Source: Octopus sinensis (lineage: Eukaryota). Taken from it: a stretch of DNA of 64,000 bases. The notes under the pieces were generated by a model that was given only the letters and a program-made list of their open reading frames with translations, did no database searches and was not told the DNA's origin. The first letter of the stretch is position 1. Every line of letters starts with the position of its first letter. The stretch covers positions 76,136,001 to 76,200,000 of the forward strand of contig NC_043000.1 of the NCBI RefSeq assembly GCF_006345805.1, written 5' to 3'. The position numbers and the translations under genes were made by a program. Shown here one piece after another: positions 26,173 to 36,762 of the stretch.

Positions 26173-27310
26173 CAAGCAGAAGGACCCAGTTTCACTCAGA
26201 GATAAATATTTCATAAAGGACCTGTTCATACCTCAGTGTGAAATAATTTTGTTCCACGAGTTTTTTCGAGTGCATTCAACATATCTAACCTCCAAACCCG
26301 CAGCAAGCCACTTTTTCCGGAAAAGCGGTGGAGGGGTGGTGGAGACCTTAGAGTTTCCCACCAACAGAGTTTTGTTTCACAGGTTATTGTTTTTCTTTTC
26401 CACGTTATTTTGCATACTTTCAATGAATGTAAAATCAAAATTGTGCATAAAGGGCTACTTTCCCCAGAAAAAGGAAAGATTTGGCTGCTATTTCTAGCAC
26501 GCCCTACTACCACATAACAACTATTTGTGATAAAGGACCCACTGATATTTCACTGTGAAATAATTTTCTGACCCCCTCCCTATCTTTCTTTTCTGGAAAA
26601 AGGTGGCTTGTGGCAGGTCTGGAGATAAGATACATTGAATGCACTCAAAAAAACCTGTGGAAAAAAATTATTCCACACCAAAGTACAAACAGGTCCTTTA
26701 ACAAAATATTTACCCAAGGTTGTTTACTGATACACAAATACACCAGTACAGAAGATTTTAAACAATGAAAATAGCTGTAATAATTTTTTTGGTACCAGAA
26801 ATTGTTACATGGTTATTTACTGATACACAAATTCTCCAAGACGTTTTTGACTTTTTAACATTTTGATTGTGTTGGTGTACACAAATACACCGGTACAGAT
26901 TGTAAACAATGCAAGTAGCTGCAATAATTATTTTGGTACCAGACATCGTTACAATGGTAAACGCTAGAGAGAATGGTTGACAGAATGAAGAGAGAATGAT
27001 AGCGATGTGGTGATGGTGCTGGTATAAAATATCCTTTACTATCTCGTACATAATGAAAGTGCAAACACACACTCACAGAGACAGACACACTCATATACAA
27101 AATATGTTGTCATTGTGGAAGTCGTGGTATAAAATGTCCTTTACTATAGCATATGTAATGAACAGAAAAACACACACACTCACAGACACAAACACACTCA
27201 TACAAAATGTGACGTCGTCATTGTCGTGGTGGTGGTATAAAATGTCCTTTAATATAGTCGATTATAGAAAGATTATTTTCAAGAAAATGTTATATTGTTT
27301 CAATCCTTCA
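26173..27310 (-). mobile_element. Non-autonomous Helitron-like element with an internal inverted repeat (about 26200-26715) and about 98-bp tandem repeats
   Basis: 27000-27310 is the reverse complement of the tandem array and flank at 55990-56590. A decayed 3' hairpin/CTAG-like end lies at about 26173-26200. Inverted arms of about 140 bp are seen directly. Confidence 0.62.
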
Positions 27311-27980
27311 CTGGACAATACCTCAACTTCAACTCCCACCATCCATATAGTGTAAAGAGAGGGATTGCTCAGTGCCTAAAACATCAAGCAATGAATATAA
27401 GTAGCAATCGTGATACCCATCACAAAGAAATGATCAAGCTCAGTAACAACCTATTAAGCAACAACTACCCCAAAAGCATACTCTCCACTCCAATTACGAA
27501 AAAAGAGGATGAAACTGATAAACTGTCCACAGTCTGTCTACCCTGTATGAAAGGCTTCTCCAAAAAGATAAAAAAGATATGCAGCCCATATGACATCAGG
27601 ACAGTATTCAAAAGTAATACAACACTTTGCAAATATCTTCTCAAGTAAAAACACCAATAGAAGAGAATATGACTAAGAACTGTGTGTACTCCATCCCATG
27701 CAGCTGTGGTAGGTTATACAAAGACGAAACATGCCACCTCCTCAAAATAAGGGTAGAGGAACATCACAAAGCTGTGACACAGGGAGATATTGATAAATTG
27801 GGTATAGCTGATCATGTATGGAAAAATGGAGACCACCTCCCCCTGTGGGATGAAGTTAAAATAACAGAGAACACCACTGGAAAATATGAAAACTAAAAGA
27901 AGCAGCACATATGCTAGGACACAATGACCTCCTAAGCAGACCAAGTGCAGATATGAACAGCATATGGGAACCAGTATTAA

Positions 27981-29021
27981 CCCTTTCGTTACCAAACCGC
28001 CCAAACCCGCCCGTATTTACCTATTCATATTTAAATGAGAATATCAGAGCAAATCTCTTTAGCACATTCATGAAAACACTGATTATAGTTCGTAAACAGT
28101 TCATCTACAGTTTTGTACAACAATCGAAGTGTAATTTTAATTCCGTGAATTTTGGGAGATTTTTTTCCAAAATTTGTTCCTATTGTGTTTTCAAAATTTG
28201 TAATTCTGACAAAAAATGGATACGAATTTCATTATATCAAGCAGCGAGTCAGAATTCGAAGGATTTTCTACTGAAAACCTTGATAAATCTAACTCTATGA
28301 CTGAAAAAAAAAGCACGTGGTATTTGATAATGAATCTGATGTTTCATTTTCCGAAAGTGAAAACAGTGAATCCGAGAGCTCCGACAGCGATAAAGAAAAT
28401 GAATTGGCACCTGAATGGAGTGAAAATTTAAAAACTGTTTCTTTCGGTGATTTTTCTGAAGAAACTGGACCAAGCCACAGACTTTCCCAGGAGAGTAAAG
28501 CCTTAGACTATTTCTTTTTACTTTTTCGAATGAGCCTATTTGAAATCATTACGGCGGAAATGAACCGTTACGCTAAATGTAAACAAAGCGAAAGAAAGGA
28601 TAGTTAGTGGTTTCCCACAACCTTAAATGAAATTAAGACTATTTTGCCATAAATATTATTATGGGTATCAGAAAGTTACCCAGAATAACAAATTCTATCG
28701 TAAAATTTTGTTGTATACCCAATTGAATATTAGCTAATAACCCATTTTCTATAGCGATGTTTGAACAAAATTTTAATAATTTTATATTTTGTTGAATTTA
28801 CCTGTATCTACCTGCAATTAGAGTCACTTTGTGACAAAAATTATAGTATAGAATTGGTTGAGAATATTTCATTAAATTATCTTCCAAAAATCAGATTAAT
28901 ATATTGATAAATAAAAAAGTTATAGTTGTTTAATGAAACCAGACTAAATTTATGATTATGTTAGAAATTAATTGAAACACATAAGGGGTGTATTTTGGTC
29001 AGAAATATAGTAATGAAAGGG
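27981..29021 (+). mobile_element. Internally deleted piggyBac transposon
   Basis: TTAA TSDs at 27977-80 and 29022-25. TIR ccctttcgttac / gtaatgaaaggg. Acidic N-terminus followed by LDYFFLLF..EMNRYA..WFPTT.NEIK. Confidence 0.92.
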
Positions 29022-29080
29022 TTAAGGAAGGATATAAGAAAATTAGATTTATAAGCCCTAAAATCTCCATAATTGCCAAT

Positions 29081-29150
29081 GTGCATATAACGTATTGGTT
29101 AAGAGCACGGGCAACTAATCCCAAGATTCTGAGTTCGATTCCAGGCAGTG
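29081..29150 (+). promoter_or_regulatory. tRNA-like Pol III A/B-box segment in the Penelope 3' region
   Basis: A-box-like taacgtattggttaagagc and B box gagttcgattc at 29131-29141, at tRNA-like spacing. Confidence 0.7.
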
Positions 29151-29232
29151 ACCTGAATAATAATAATAATAACAACAACAACAACATCAAAAATACCTTA
29201 GGAATGAGAACCCAGGTTCAAAATTTTACCAA

Positions 29233-29275
29233 GACACCTGATGAAGGCTGGAGGGTATATCAGCCGAAACGTGTT
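29233..29275 (+). ncRNA. Type I hammerhead ribozyme core in the Penelope pseudo-LTR, possibly degenerate
   Basis: gacac-CTGATGA-a-GGCTG-gagggtatat-CAGCC-GAAAC-gtgtt: catalytic core boxes with a perfect 5-bp stem II. Stem III and the cleavage triplet appear shortened. Confidence 0.7.
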
Positions 29276-30044
29276 AACAACAAACAAAATTAGGCCAAAT
29301 ATTCGTCAATTGTAAATAATGTACATAATTCCTCATCTTTTAAATACAGAACTGTATTATCTAATCGGTACGGAGCTGACATTAGACATCAATGGAGATA
29401 TATAGAGAGACTCCATCAAAAACTAGCTCGTCTTTCAAACTATTTCCTGTGAAGATGTAGAGACTCAAAGCTAATACCACCTGGCTTGAATATAATGACA
29501 CCAGTGGATTCATATAAAGCTAGAAGAGTAGCAGAAAGGGCAGGACATGCCCTTGTCCATGAGAGGATCCATTACAACCATTAGAAAAAACATCAATTAA
29601 ATAACAAAATCAAAGAGAGGTTATCTTCATTACTTGAGAAAATAACCAAAGATGATGATAGAAAGAGAATCCAACAAGATCTGGAAAAGTCATACATGAA
29701 AGAATTTGAAATGGTGAAGACATACCAGATAAAGAAGTTTATGAAACTCAAAGGTCAGAGAATGAAGGCTGAAGTCCATCACCCACCTGTGAAAGTAGTA
29801 ATTAATGTAAGTAGCCGACAATTAGAAAGCTCTGAAGAAGCTTTAATAATAATGCTGAATACTATAATGATACCCTTAAAAAGGCTAGATACTGGAATAG
29901 AATAGTATATTGTTAACAACAAACAAGATGAGGACAAATATCCATCAATTGTAAATAATGTAAATAATGTAACGTAATTCCTCATCTCTTAAATACTAGC
30001 AGAGATACCCAGCCTTGCTCGGGATTAAAATGGCTTAGATTTTT

Positions 30045-30331
30045 ATTGTTTTACTTGTTTCAGTCATGTGACTGCAGCCATGCTGGAGCACCGCCATTAG
30101 TCAAAGAAATCAACCACAGGATTTATTCTTTGTAAGCCTAGTACTCATTCAGTCAGTGTTTTTTTTTTTACCAAACAGCTAAATTACGAGAATGTAAACA
30201 CAGCAACATCAGTTGTCAAGCAATGGTGGGGCTACAAACACAAGACATGCACACACATACACATATATACGACAGTCTTCTTTCAGTTTGCGAGGACAAA
30301 ATCCACTCACAAGGTTTTGGTCGCCCTGAGG

Positions 30332-30335
<4 letters not shown>
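30045..30335 (-). mobile_element. 5'-truncated copy of the 17111 SINE family
   Basis: gtttcagtcatgtgactgcagccatgctggagcaccgcc... is reverse-complementary to the 3' part of the 17111 SINE. Confidence 0.85.
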
Positions 30336-30376
<41 letters not shown>

Positions 30377-30379
<3 letters not shown>

Positions 30380-31262
30380 GCTGACATACCCAGTAATTCC
30401 TGGGAAAGCAGGCTTATCCCTTGGTTCTGTTCTAATAACTGTTTCACTAATCCAGTAAATACAATACAAAGTATGTAACCCTTAAAATGGTTTTTGTGCA
30501 TTTATTGAGAATACCGAACTGTCTTACAAAGGATCTTGTTTTTAAGAATTCCCAATAAGCTATGAATACCCAAATTGCGAAGTCAGTTATGTAATAACAT
30601 GAAATTAATTACCCTGTAGTAAGAATTCAATTAAAGTAGCCCCGAAAAGGGCTTTAATACATTCCCAGAGTAAATAGATTTTAGGAGGAAATACTAATAA
30701 GGTATGTATACTAAAATCCTGAAACATGTTACGTAATAACAGACTCATCAGATATGAGATAATAACAATTCAAAGTAATTAACTGTGAAAAGAAGCTTTT
30801 GTGCATTCCCAGAGAATATTAACCTCAGCAGCGCTAGTGTTGATATATTCGTGAATAAGTCACTAACTGAAATAAGTGGATCTATTGTTTAGGAGAATAC
30901 TTTTTACTTGTTTAAGCATTGTATTGGATAAATTGAGAAAACTAAAATAATTTAAATACTAAGAAATAAGCATACTGAAAATGAATGGGTTATTTCCCTT
31001 GGTGGTTATTTCCAGGAGGGAATGGGTTATTTGCCTTGGAAGCTTAAAAATCTTACCCCCACCGTTCACTCAAGCCCAAATGTTATTCCTCCCGTTGTTT
31101 ACCCAAACATTTTTCCAAATCAATTTATACTTAAAACCTCCCCAGACACATAAGCAATGTGTGTGTGAAGTTTAAGAAAAACTGGTCAAGCTGTTTTGGC
31201 ACAAAACGAGGACATACTGATACACAAACACACACATTTTCAGTTTTAATATGTAAGATAGA
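30377..31262 (-). mobile_element. Non-autonomous Helitron-like element
   Basis: Minus-strand 5' end TCTATC..ATTAAAA..GTGTGT. 3' hairpin cccagga..actggg followed by a decayed CTAG. A similar hairpin plus CTAG end lies at 29996-30025. Confidence 0.55.
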
Positions 31263-31711
31263 ACTGAATAGTTTTTCTCATCAAGAGAGTCAATTCCATT
31301 TCAACTATTGCTGTCCTTTCCATTGTTTTTCATAACAAGAAGGCACACCATCTTAATAAATTCGGTGGTTTTATGGATAAGTGATTCCATATATGCGTTC
31401 TGTAAATAAATTTACTGAGGTAATCCCATTTTGCAACCATAGGTTTTAATCTACCTTTTTGAAAGTGTATAGAAATAAAAGTAGATGTAATAAAATTGTT
31501 TAGTTTTTACGGGGTTTTGAAACCAGTGAGTTTAAATTTCTTTTAGCAACAGCCACCTGCATGTTTTAGCAATAAAATAATTGGGTTTTTTGTTTTTGTT
31601 TTTGTGCTAAAAATATGGCCTGGTCCACTGATGGGTCTATCTTTAAAATTAGCCATGCCGCGTTGTATGACCCTTTTGGTTTTGCTCTGTGTATGTTTCC
31701 TGTTTCTTGTT

Positions 31712-31793
31712 CATCCTGATGAGGGGGTCATTGCAGTGATGCACTTTAGTGTAATTGAACCGCGGTGGTGAGCTCCCAAAATGGCCATTGATG
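31712..31793 (+). ncRNA. Decayed type I hammerhead ribozyme motif (PLE-type)
   Basis: catc-CTGATGA-gggggtca..tgagctccc-aaaatggccatt-gatg. Stem I (catc/gatg) is intact. The core is consistent with GAAAC-GGCC-GTH after CpG transitions. Confidence 0.55.
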
Positions 31794-32294
31794 TATTTGT
31801 ATTGACCTTGTGGAAGTCTGTTTGCTATGAACTCTAACCTACTACCATGGTTTTAAAAATTGAACTTTGGACGTACTTTGTATGAGGGGAGTAAAAAGAC
31901 TTTAAAATTTATTAATCGTTTCACAAAACATTTTTAGTCAGTTGATATTTTATTTTATCCTAGTTTATTAATTTTTTGGTAGTATGGTACATTTTAGAAT
32001 TTTTATGAATTTTTAGCCTTTATATTTACATTTTGATAGGCCGTTCTATTTGGATTTTATTCGTATATATATTTTTACCTTTTGTATTTTTATGTATATG
32101 TATATTTTTTTTATATATTTAAGAACTATGGTGATATTTACATGATTAAATGTTTGAGGTATGGTGTTATATATAAAGTTGAATTTAATGTTTGTTCTGT
32201 GGCTAATGTTTCTTTATCTTGTCTCATTTACATTTGAACACTTCTTTTTGGAGTCCTATATACCTTGTTTCCATAAAAAGAGACAAATATTATT

Positions 32295-32297
32295 TCT

Positions 32298-32329
<32 letters not shown>

Positions 32330-32702
32330 CACACATACATATATGCATACATACAGATATATACATATACACACACATATACATGTACACACATACATAC
32401 GTACATATACATACATACAAATATATACACATATATAAAAACACATACATACATGTATATATACCTACATACATATATATAAACTCACGTCCAGATATAT
32501 ATATATATACAAATATATTTATGCACAAAAATAAATAGCCATATGATTACATATGTTTACAAAGTGATACAATAGATGCATATATATACATTCACATACA
32601 TATACCTGCATTAACAATAAATGATATACACACATATACATACATATGAATATAGACACTTCCATAGACATACGTGTTCACATACATATAGATGCACATA
32701 CC

Positions 32703-32748
<46 letters not shown>

Positions 32749-32773
32749 AATATACACACATGCATATACATAC
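32295..32773. repeat. (TA)/(CA)/(CATA) low-complexity microsatellite
   Basis: Seen directly. Confidence 0.9.
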
Positions 32774-33262
32774 ATCATCATCATCGTCGTTTAGCGTCCG
32801 TTTTCCATGCTAGCATGGGTTGGACGGTTCTACTGGGGTCTGTGAAGCCAGAAGGCTTCATCAGGCCCAGTCAAATCTGGCAGTGTTTCTACAGCTGGAT
32901 GCCCTTCCTAACGCCAACCACTCCGTGAGTGTAGTGGGTGCTTTTTACGTGCCACCCGCACAGGTGCCCAGACAGAGCTGGCAAACGGCCACGAACGGAT
33001 GGTGCTTTTTATGTGCCACCGGCACAAGGGCCAGGCGAGGCTGGCAACGGACACGAAACGGGGCGGTGCTGGCAACGGTCGCGAAACGGAAGGTTCTCTT
33101 ACATGCCACCGGCACTGGTAACACATCTGCAATTTCCATTGATCGATTTCCATTCTGATCCTCACTTGCCTCAACGGGTCTTCATAAGTAGAGTTTCGAC
33201 ATGCCACCGGCACTGGTAACACATCTGCAATTTCCATTGATCGATTTCGATTCTGATCCTCA
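32774..33262 (-). mobile_element. RTE 3' UTR fragment with (GAT)n tail and tandem units
   Basis: Same terminal sequence as 5857 and 36763. Contains a duplicated catgccaccggcactggtaacacatctgcaatttccattgatcg block. Confidence 0.82.
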
Positions 33263-33559
33263 TATATACACATATCCATATATATACACACACACACATA
33301 TATCCATATATACACACTCAAACACATACATATCATAACGACATATCGATGGCATCAGATAAATACAAAACAACATATGCCCATGTATACAAGCTCTTCA
33401 TTGTCAATCAGTTTTCCATTATTATATATACACATATATATATACACTTATAAAAGTATACACACTAGTAAAGATATACACAAATAAAATTTTCTAAACA
33501 CATATTAAGAATAGTGTGTACAAGATAGAACACTCTCATGTCTTTCATTAAACAATTTC

Positions 33560-35300
33560 TTCTTAGATGTTAATATCTGATATAATTCATCTATACACAA
33601 GTTGCATCTAGTATCATTAATTTATATGAGCTAGCATGACTAAGTATCTTCTAATTTCTTACTATCCTTCAATTCCCAAATTAGTTTACTTAGACTAGTA
33701 CTGTTAAACCTATCTCTATTCCTAAAGGTGTATTCATGGTTTGCTATCCGTTTTAATACAATTTTCCATAGACCCTTCGTAAAAATAATTTCTTCATTCT
33801 GAATTCACTCTACATCTATATACAATATTGCTCTGTAAACAAAAATTATTAAATAAACATTTATCCTTATATCTACAATCACAGTTTCTAGCTAGATCAT
33901 TATCTGTAATATTATTACAATTTTTTCTTTTCTTTTATTATAAAAGTTGTCCAAACTTTTATTACTAAAGGAGGAGATAATTCTACACAAATTTTTAGAC
34001 ACTGAAAAACCTATTCTGATCCTTTTATTATTAATTATTTTATATTTATGTTCTTTATTAAAGTGCATGGATATAGATCTGTAAAATAGCTTGACCAGAT
34101 TCGTTTTTATTTGTCATGCGTAAAGAATTGTAAACTAAATATAATTATCTTCTTAATATCATTGGGTGCATTTGGGTTGGCATGTGACATATATTTATTA
34201 TCATTAGACCTAAGTTTATTCAAATATTTATTTTTATTCAGGGTATATTTACTACTCTTGTTCTTATTAATATTAATACTACTGTTAATCATATCATTAC
34301 TATTTACAAATAAATTGGATACTTTGCCACTATTATATTCACCCACTTCATTGTCAATCAGTTTTCCATTATTATGATAAGATTTGTTGTAGTTCCCATT
34401 CTTATTACAATATACTATTCTATTCCAGTATCCTGCCTTTTTAAGAGAATCATTATAGTATTCAGCATTATTATTAAAGATTTCCTCTTAGAGGATAAAT
34501 AGGAAATCATGTCTCGAGATGTTATTAACCAGAGTTCTTGTGAAAGCCTTAGGATGATTACTGTGAAAGTTGATGCATTTTAAACTACTGTTGGGTTTAT
34601 GGAATGGACTGTATAGGCCAGTAACAAGGTTCAGATTTACATCCAGGTAATTAACTGAATCATGTTCATTTTCTATAGAGATAGATAGCCAAATGTTTTA
34701 AAGAAATTATGGAACTTTTTCATATATAGGTTTGTTTTTCTATTGGATTTACAATTGATCAAAAATAGTGCATTATCTCCAAAGAGACTACCTTTAATTT
34801 CTGGGAATTCATTATGGAAATGATATAGTATGCAAATACCTATTAAGTCTGTAACTTGGACAGAATCAGCTGAGCCCATGGTTATGTCAAAATAATCAGT
34901 ACTGTTTTTTCTGGCCCAGTACTTGTTATCAAATAGAATGATAGACTTCCTAGCATCCAAAATAACTTTAATTTCTCTTAAACTTAGGTTAGAATTTTCC
35001 TAGCAAAAATAAGTGCACTATTTAGTACAATGGGATTAATTGAAGAATAATAATTATTAATGTCTAACTGAATGACTCTACTTCTACCTTTATTATCTAA
35101 TTACTCAAACCAATTATTATCTAATTATTATCTAATTACTCAAACCAATTAATAGCTTCCTGGTTATTGGACCAGAAATATAATTTTAATGTTTCCTTAA
35201 GGAAGTTCTTACCTGGGTAAATGAAGTAAAATTATTCTAGGCAAGTATATTCCCAAACATTAAAATTAGATCTGTGGTCCAATACCCAGGAAGTCATTAA
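33560..35300 (-). mobile_element. Degenerate Penelope-like element (RT plus GIY-YIG, CxCx5C linker, Naiad-like)
   Basis: RT motifs ITMGSADS, LFGDN (YxDD position), NYLDVNL and SNHP. Linker NCDCRYKDKC..C. Endonuclease NIVYRC..RIANH..TSLSKLIWELK..CNLC. Confidence 0.8.
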
Positions 35301-35749
35301 TTGGTTATTGTACATGTATATCAGAAAATGTATATAAGTCGAAACAATTTGTTGGCCTTTTATGCTTTTTTAGTAATTGTCTATGTTATGTTATGTTATA
35401 TTATATTCATAGTATATCATGTAATATTATAATATAAATAAATTATTGGATTGTCAATAGTATCTCTCTACTTAATTTATCTTTTTAATTGCTTTATACC
35501 AATATTTATATGGTATTCAACTGATGTATCAATCAATTGGATGTTTAACACACCCCTTTGAAGGATCTCTTTTCCTCACTTTCTTACTAAATATACACAC
35601 ACACACACATATATATGAAGAGACAGAGAGTAGAATGGTATATACATAGAGTAGTGTATATATGTATATACCTTGTCTGTAACAACATAAAGGGTACAAA
35701 ACAATTAAAAACCAACCAAAATAAGATTTATGAAAAAAAAATCACTCAC

Positions 35750-35880
35750 ATCTGGTGTCACTTGGGTTTCATCTGCCAGAGACAACATATGATCTACAGC
35801 AACAGCTGATGTTATTAAGTTTGTGATGTCAGTACATATTGACTTCAGCATGTGTTTTATCAACACAGTCTGGACAGTTT
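35750..35880 (-). CDS. UFL1: UFL1 exon (131 nt), ETVQTVLIKHMLKSICTDITNLITSAVAVDHMLSLADETQVTPD
   Basis: Acceptor aatttgcag and donor gtgagt. Contains the UFL1 motif KH.LKS.CTDITNLI. Confidence 0.93.
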
Positions 35881-36762
35881 CTGCAAATTAGAAAAGCACA
35901 TGAATAGAATGATTTCATTTTTATTCTTCTGATGATAAACTATTGTATCACTTTGAATTATTAGGAGGGTGGATATTTTTAAAGCATTCTTCTTGATTTA
36001 GTGATTACTAAAAAGGTTCATGACAAGTTTCTAAAAACTTGAAAGATGGAGAATAGGAGTGTCAGGTTGATAAGATGTAAGGAAGTGCTTAGCAGTGGTT
36101 TAATAGCATTAAAAGATGACTGAAGCAACCCTCTTGAGGTACTGCTGTAAGAAATCCATGCTTCCACATCAGTCTTCTTCAAAACAACAATATTGACCAC
36201 ATACTAAAAACCAATTTTTATAACAGACCCATATGTGTCAGAGTTCAAACAGACCCAGTACTCAATCATCATCATCATTTAACATCCGTGTTCCATGCTA
36301 GCATGGGTTGGATGGTTTTACATGGATCCATTGAGTCAAGGCTGCATCATGCTCCACTGTCTGCTCTGGCATAGTTTCTATGGCTTCATACCTTTCCTAA
36401 CATCAACTACTTTACAGTGGGTACTGGGTTCTATTTCTTATGCCAGTGGTACTACTGAGGTTGCCATGTAGCTCACAAGTCAACAAACACAGAAAGGGAG
36501 GATGCTGCCTTCATACCTTAGATAGGAGTTAAGGTATGAAGGAGGAGGTTGTGATGATTCTAAAATAGAACACATAAAAACCTGACAGTGTATCTTTCTC
36601 TACCCCATTGAAGAGATTTTGCCTAATATAATGATTTTTATAATTCCTATTTAATCTTTTTAGGCTTAATTGAAACAGCTGTGAGGAACTATGTTTGATT
36701 TTTGTAGATAATAAATTTTTATTAAATGCTATATAACCATTTTCTAATTTTCTTTTATATAT

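Larger units (their letters stand above)
27300..30000 (+). mobile_element. Penelope-like element (CCHH GIY-YIG type), 5'-truncated, with 3' pseudo-LTR and partial tandem restart; interrupted by piggyBac
   Basis: TGQYLNFNSHHP, CLPCMKG, VYSIPCSCG.LY..ET, RVEEH and IADH. Removing 27981-29025 restores ..WEPVLRKDIRKLDL*. An N-terminal-type PLE sequence (LIPPGL..TPV..ALVHERI) resumes at about 29390. Confidence 0.85.

Noticed and set aside
29081-29150. Functional tRNA gene (also 17111 and 40250-40323)
   Set aside because: A/B boxes are present, but there is no proper acceptor stem, and each is embedded in a repeat element.
30715-30755. Minus-strand CTGATGA..GTAACATGT hammerhead candidate (similar weak hits near 7632 and 20325)
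   Set aside because: Core mismatches are present and there is no convincing stem I or stem II.
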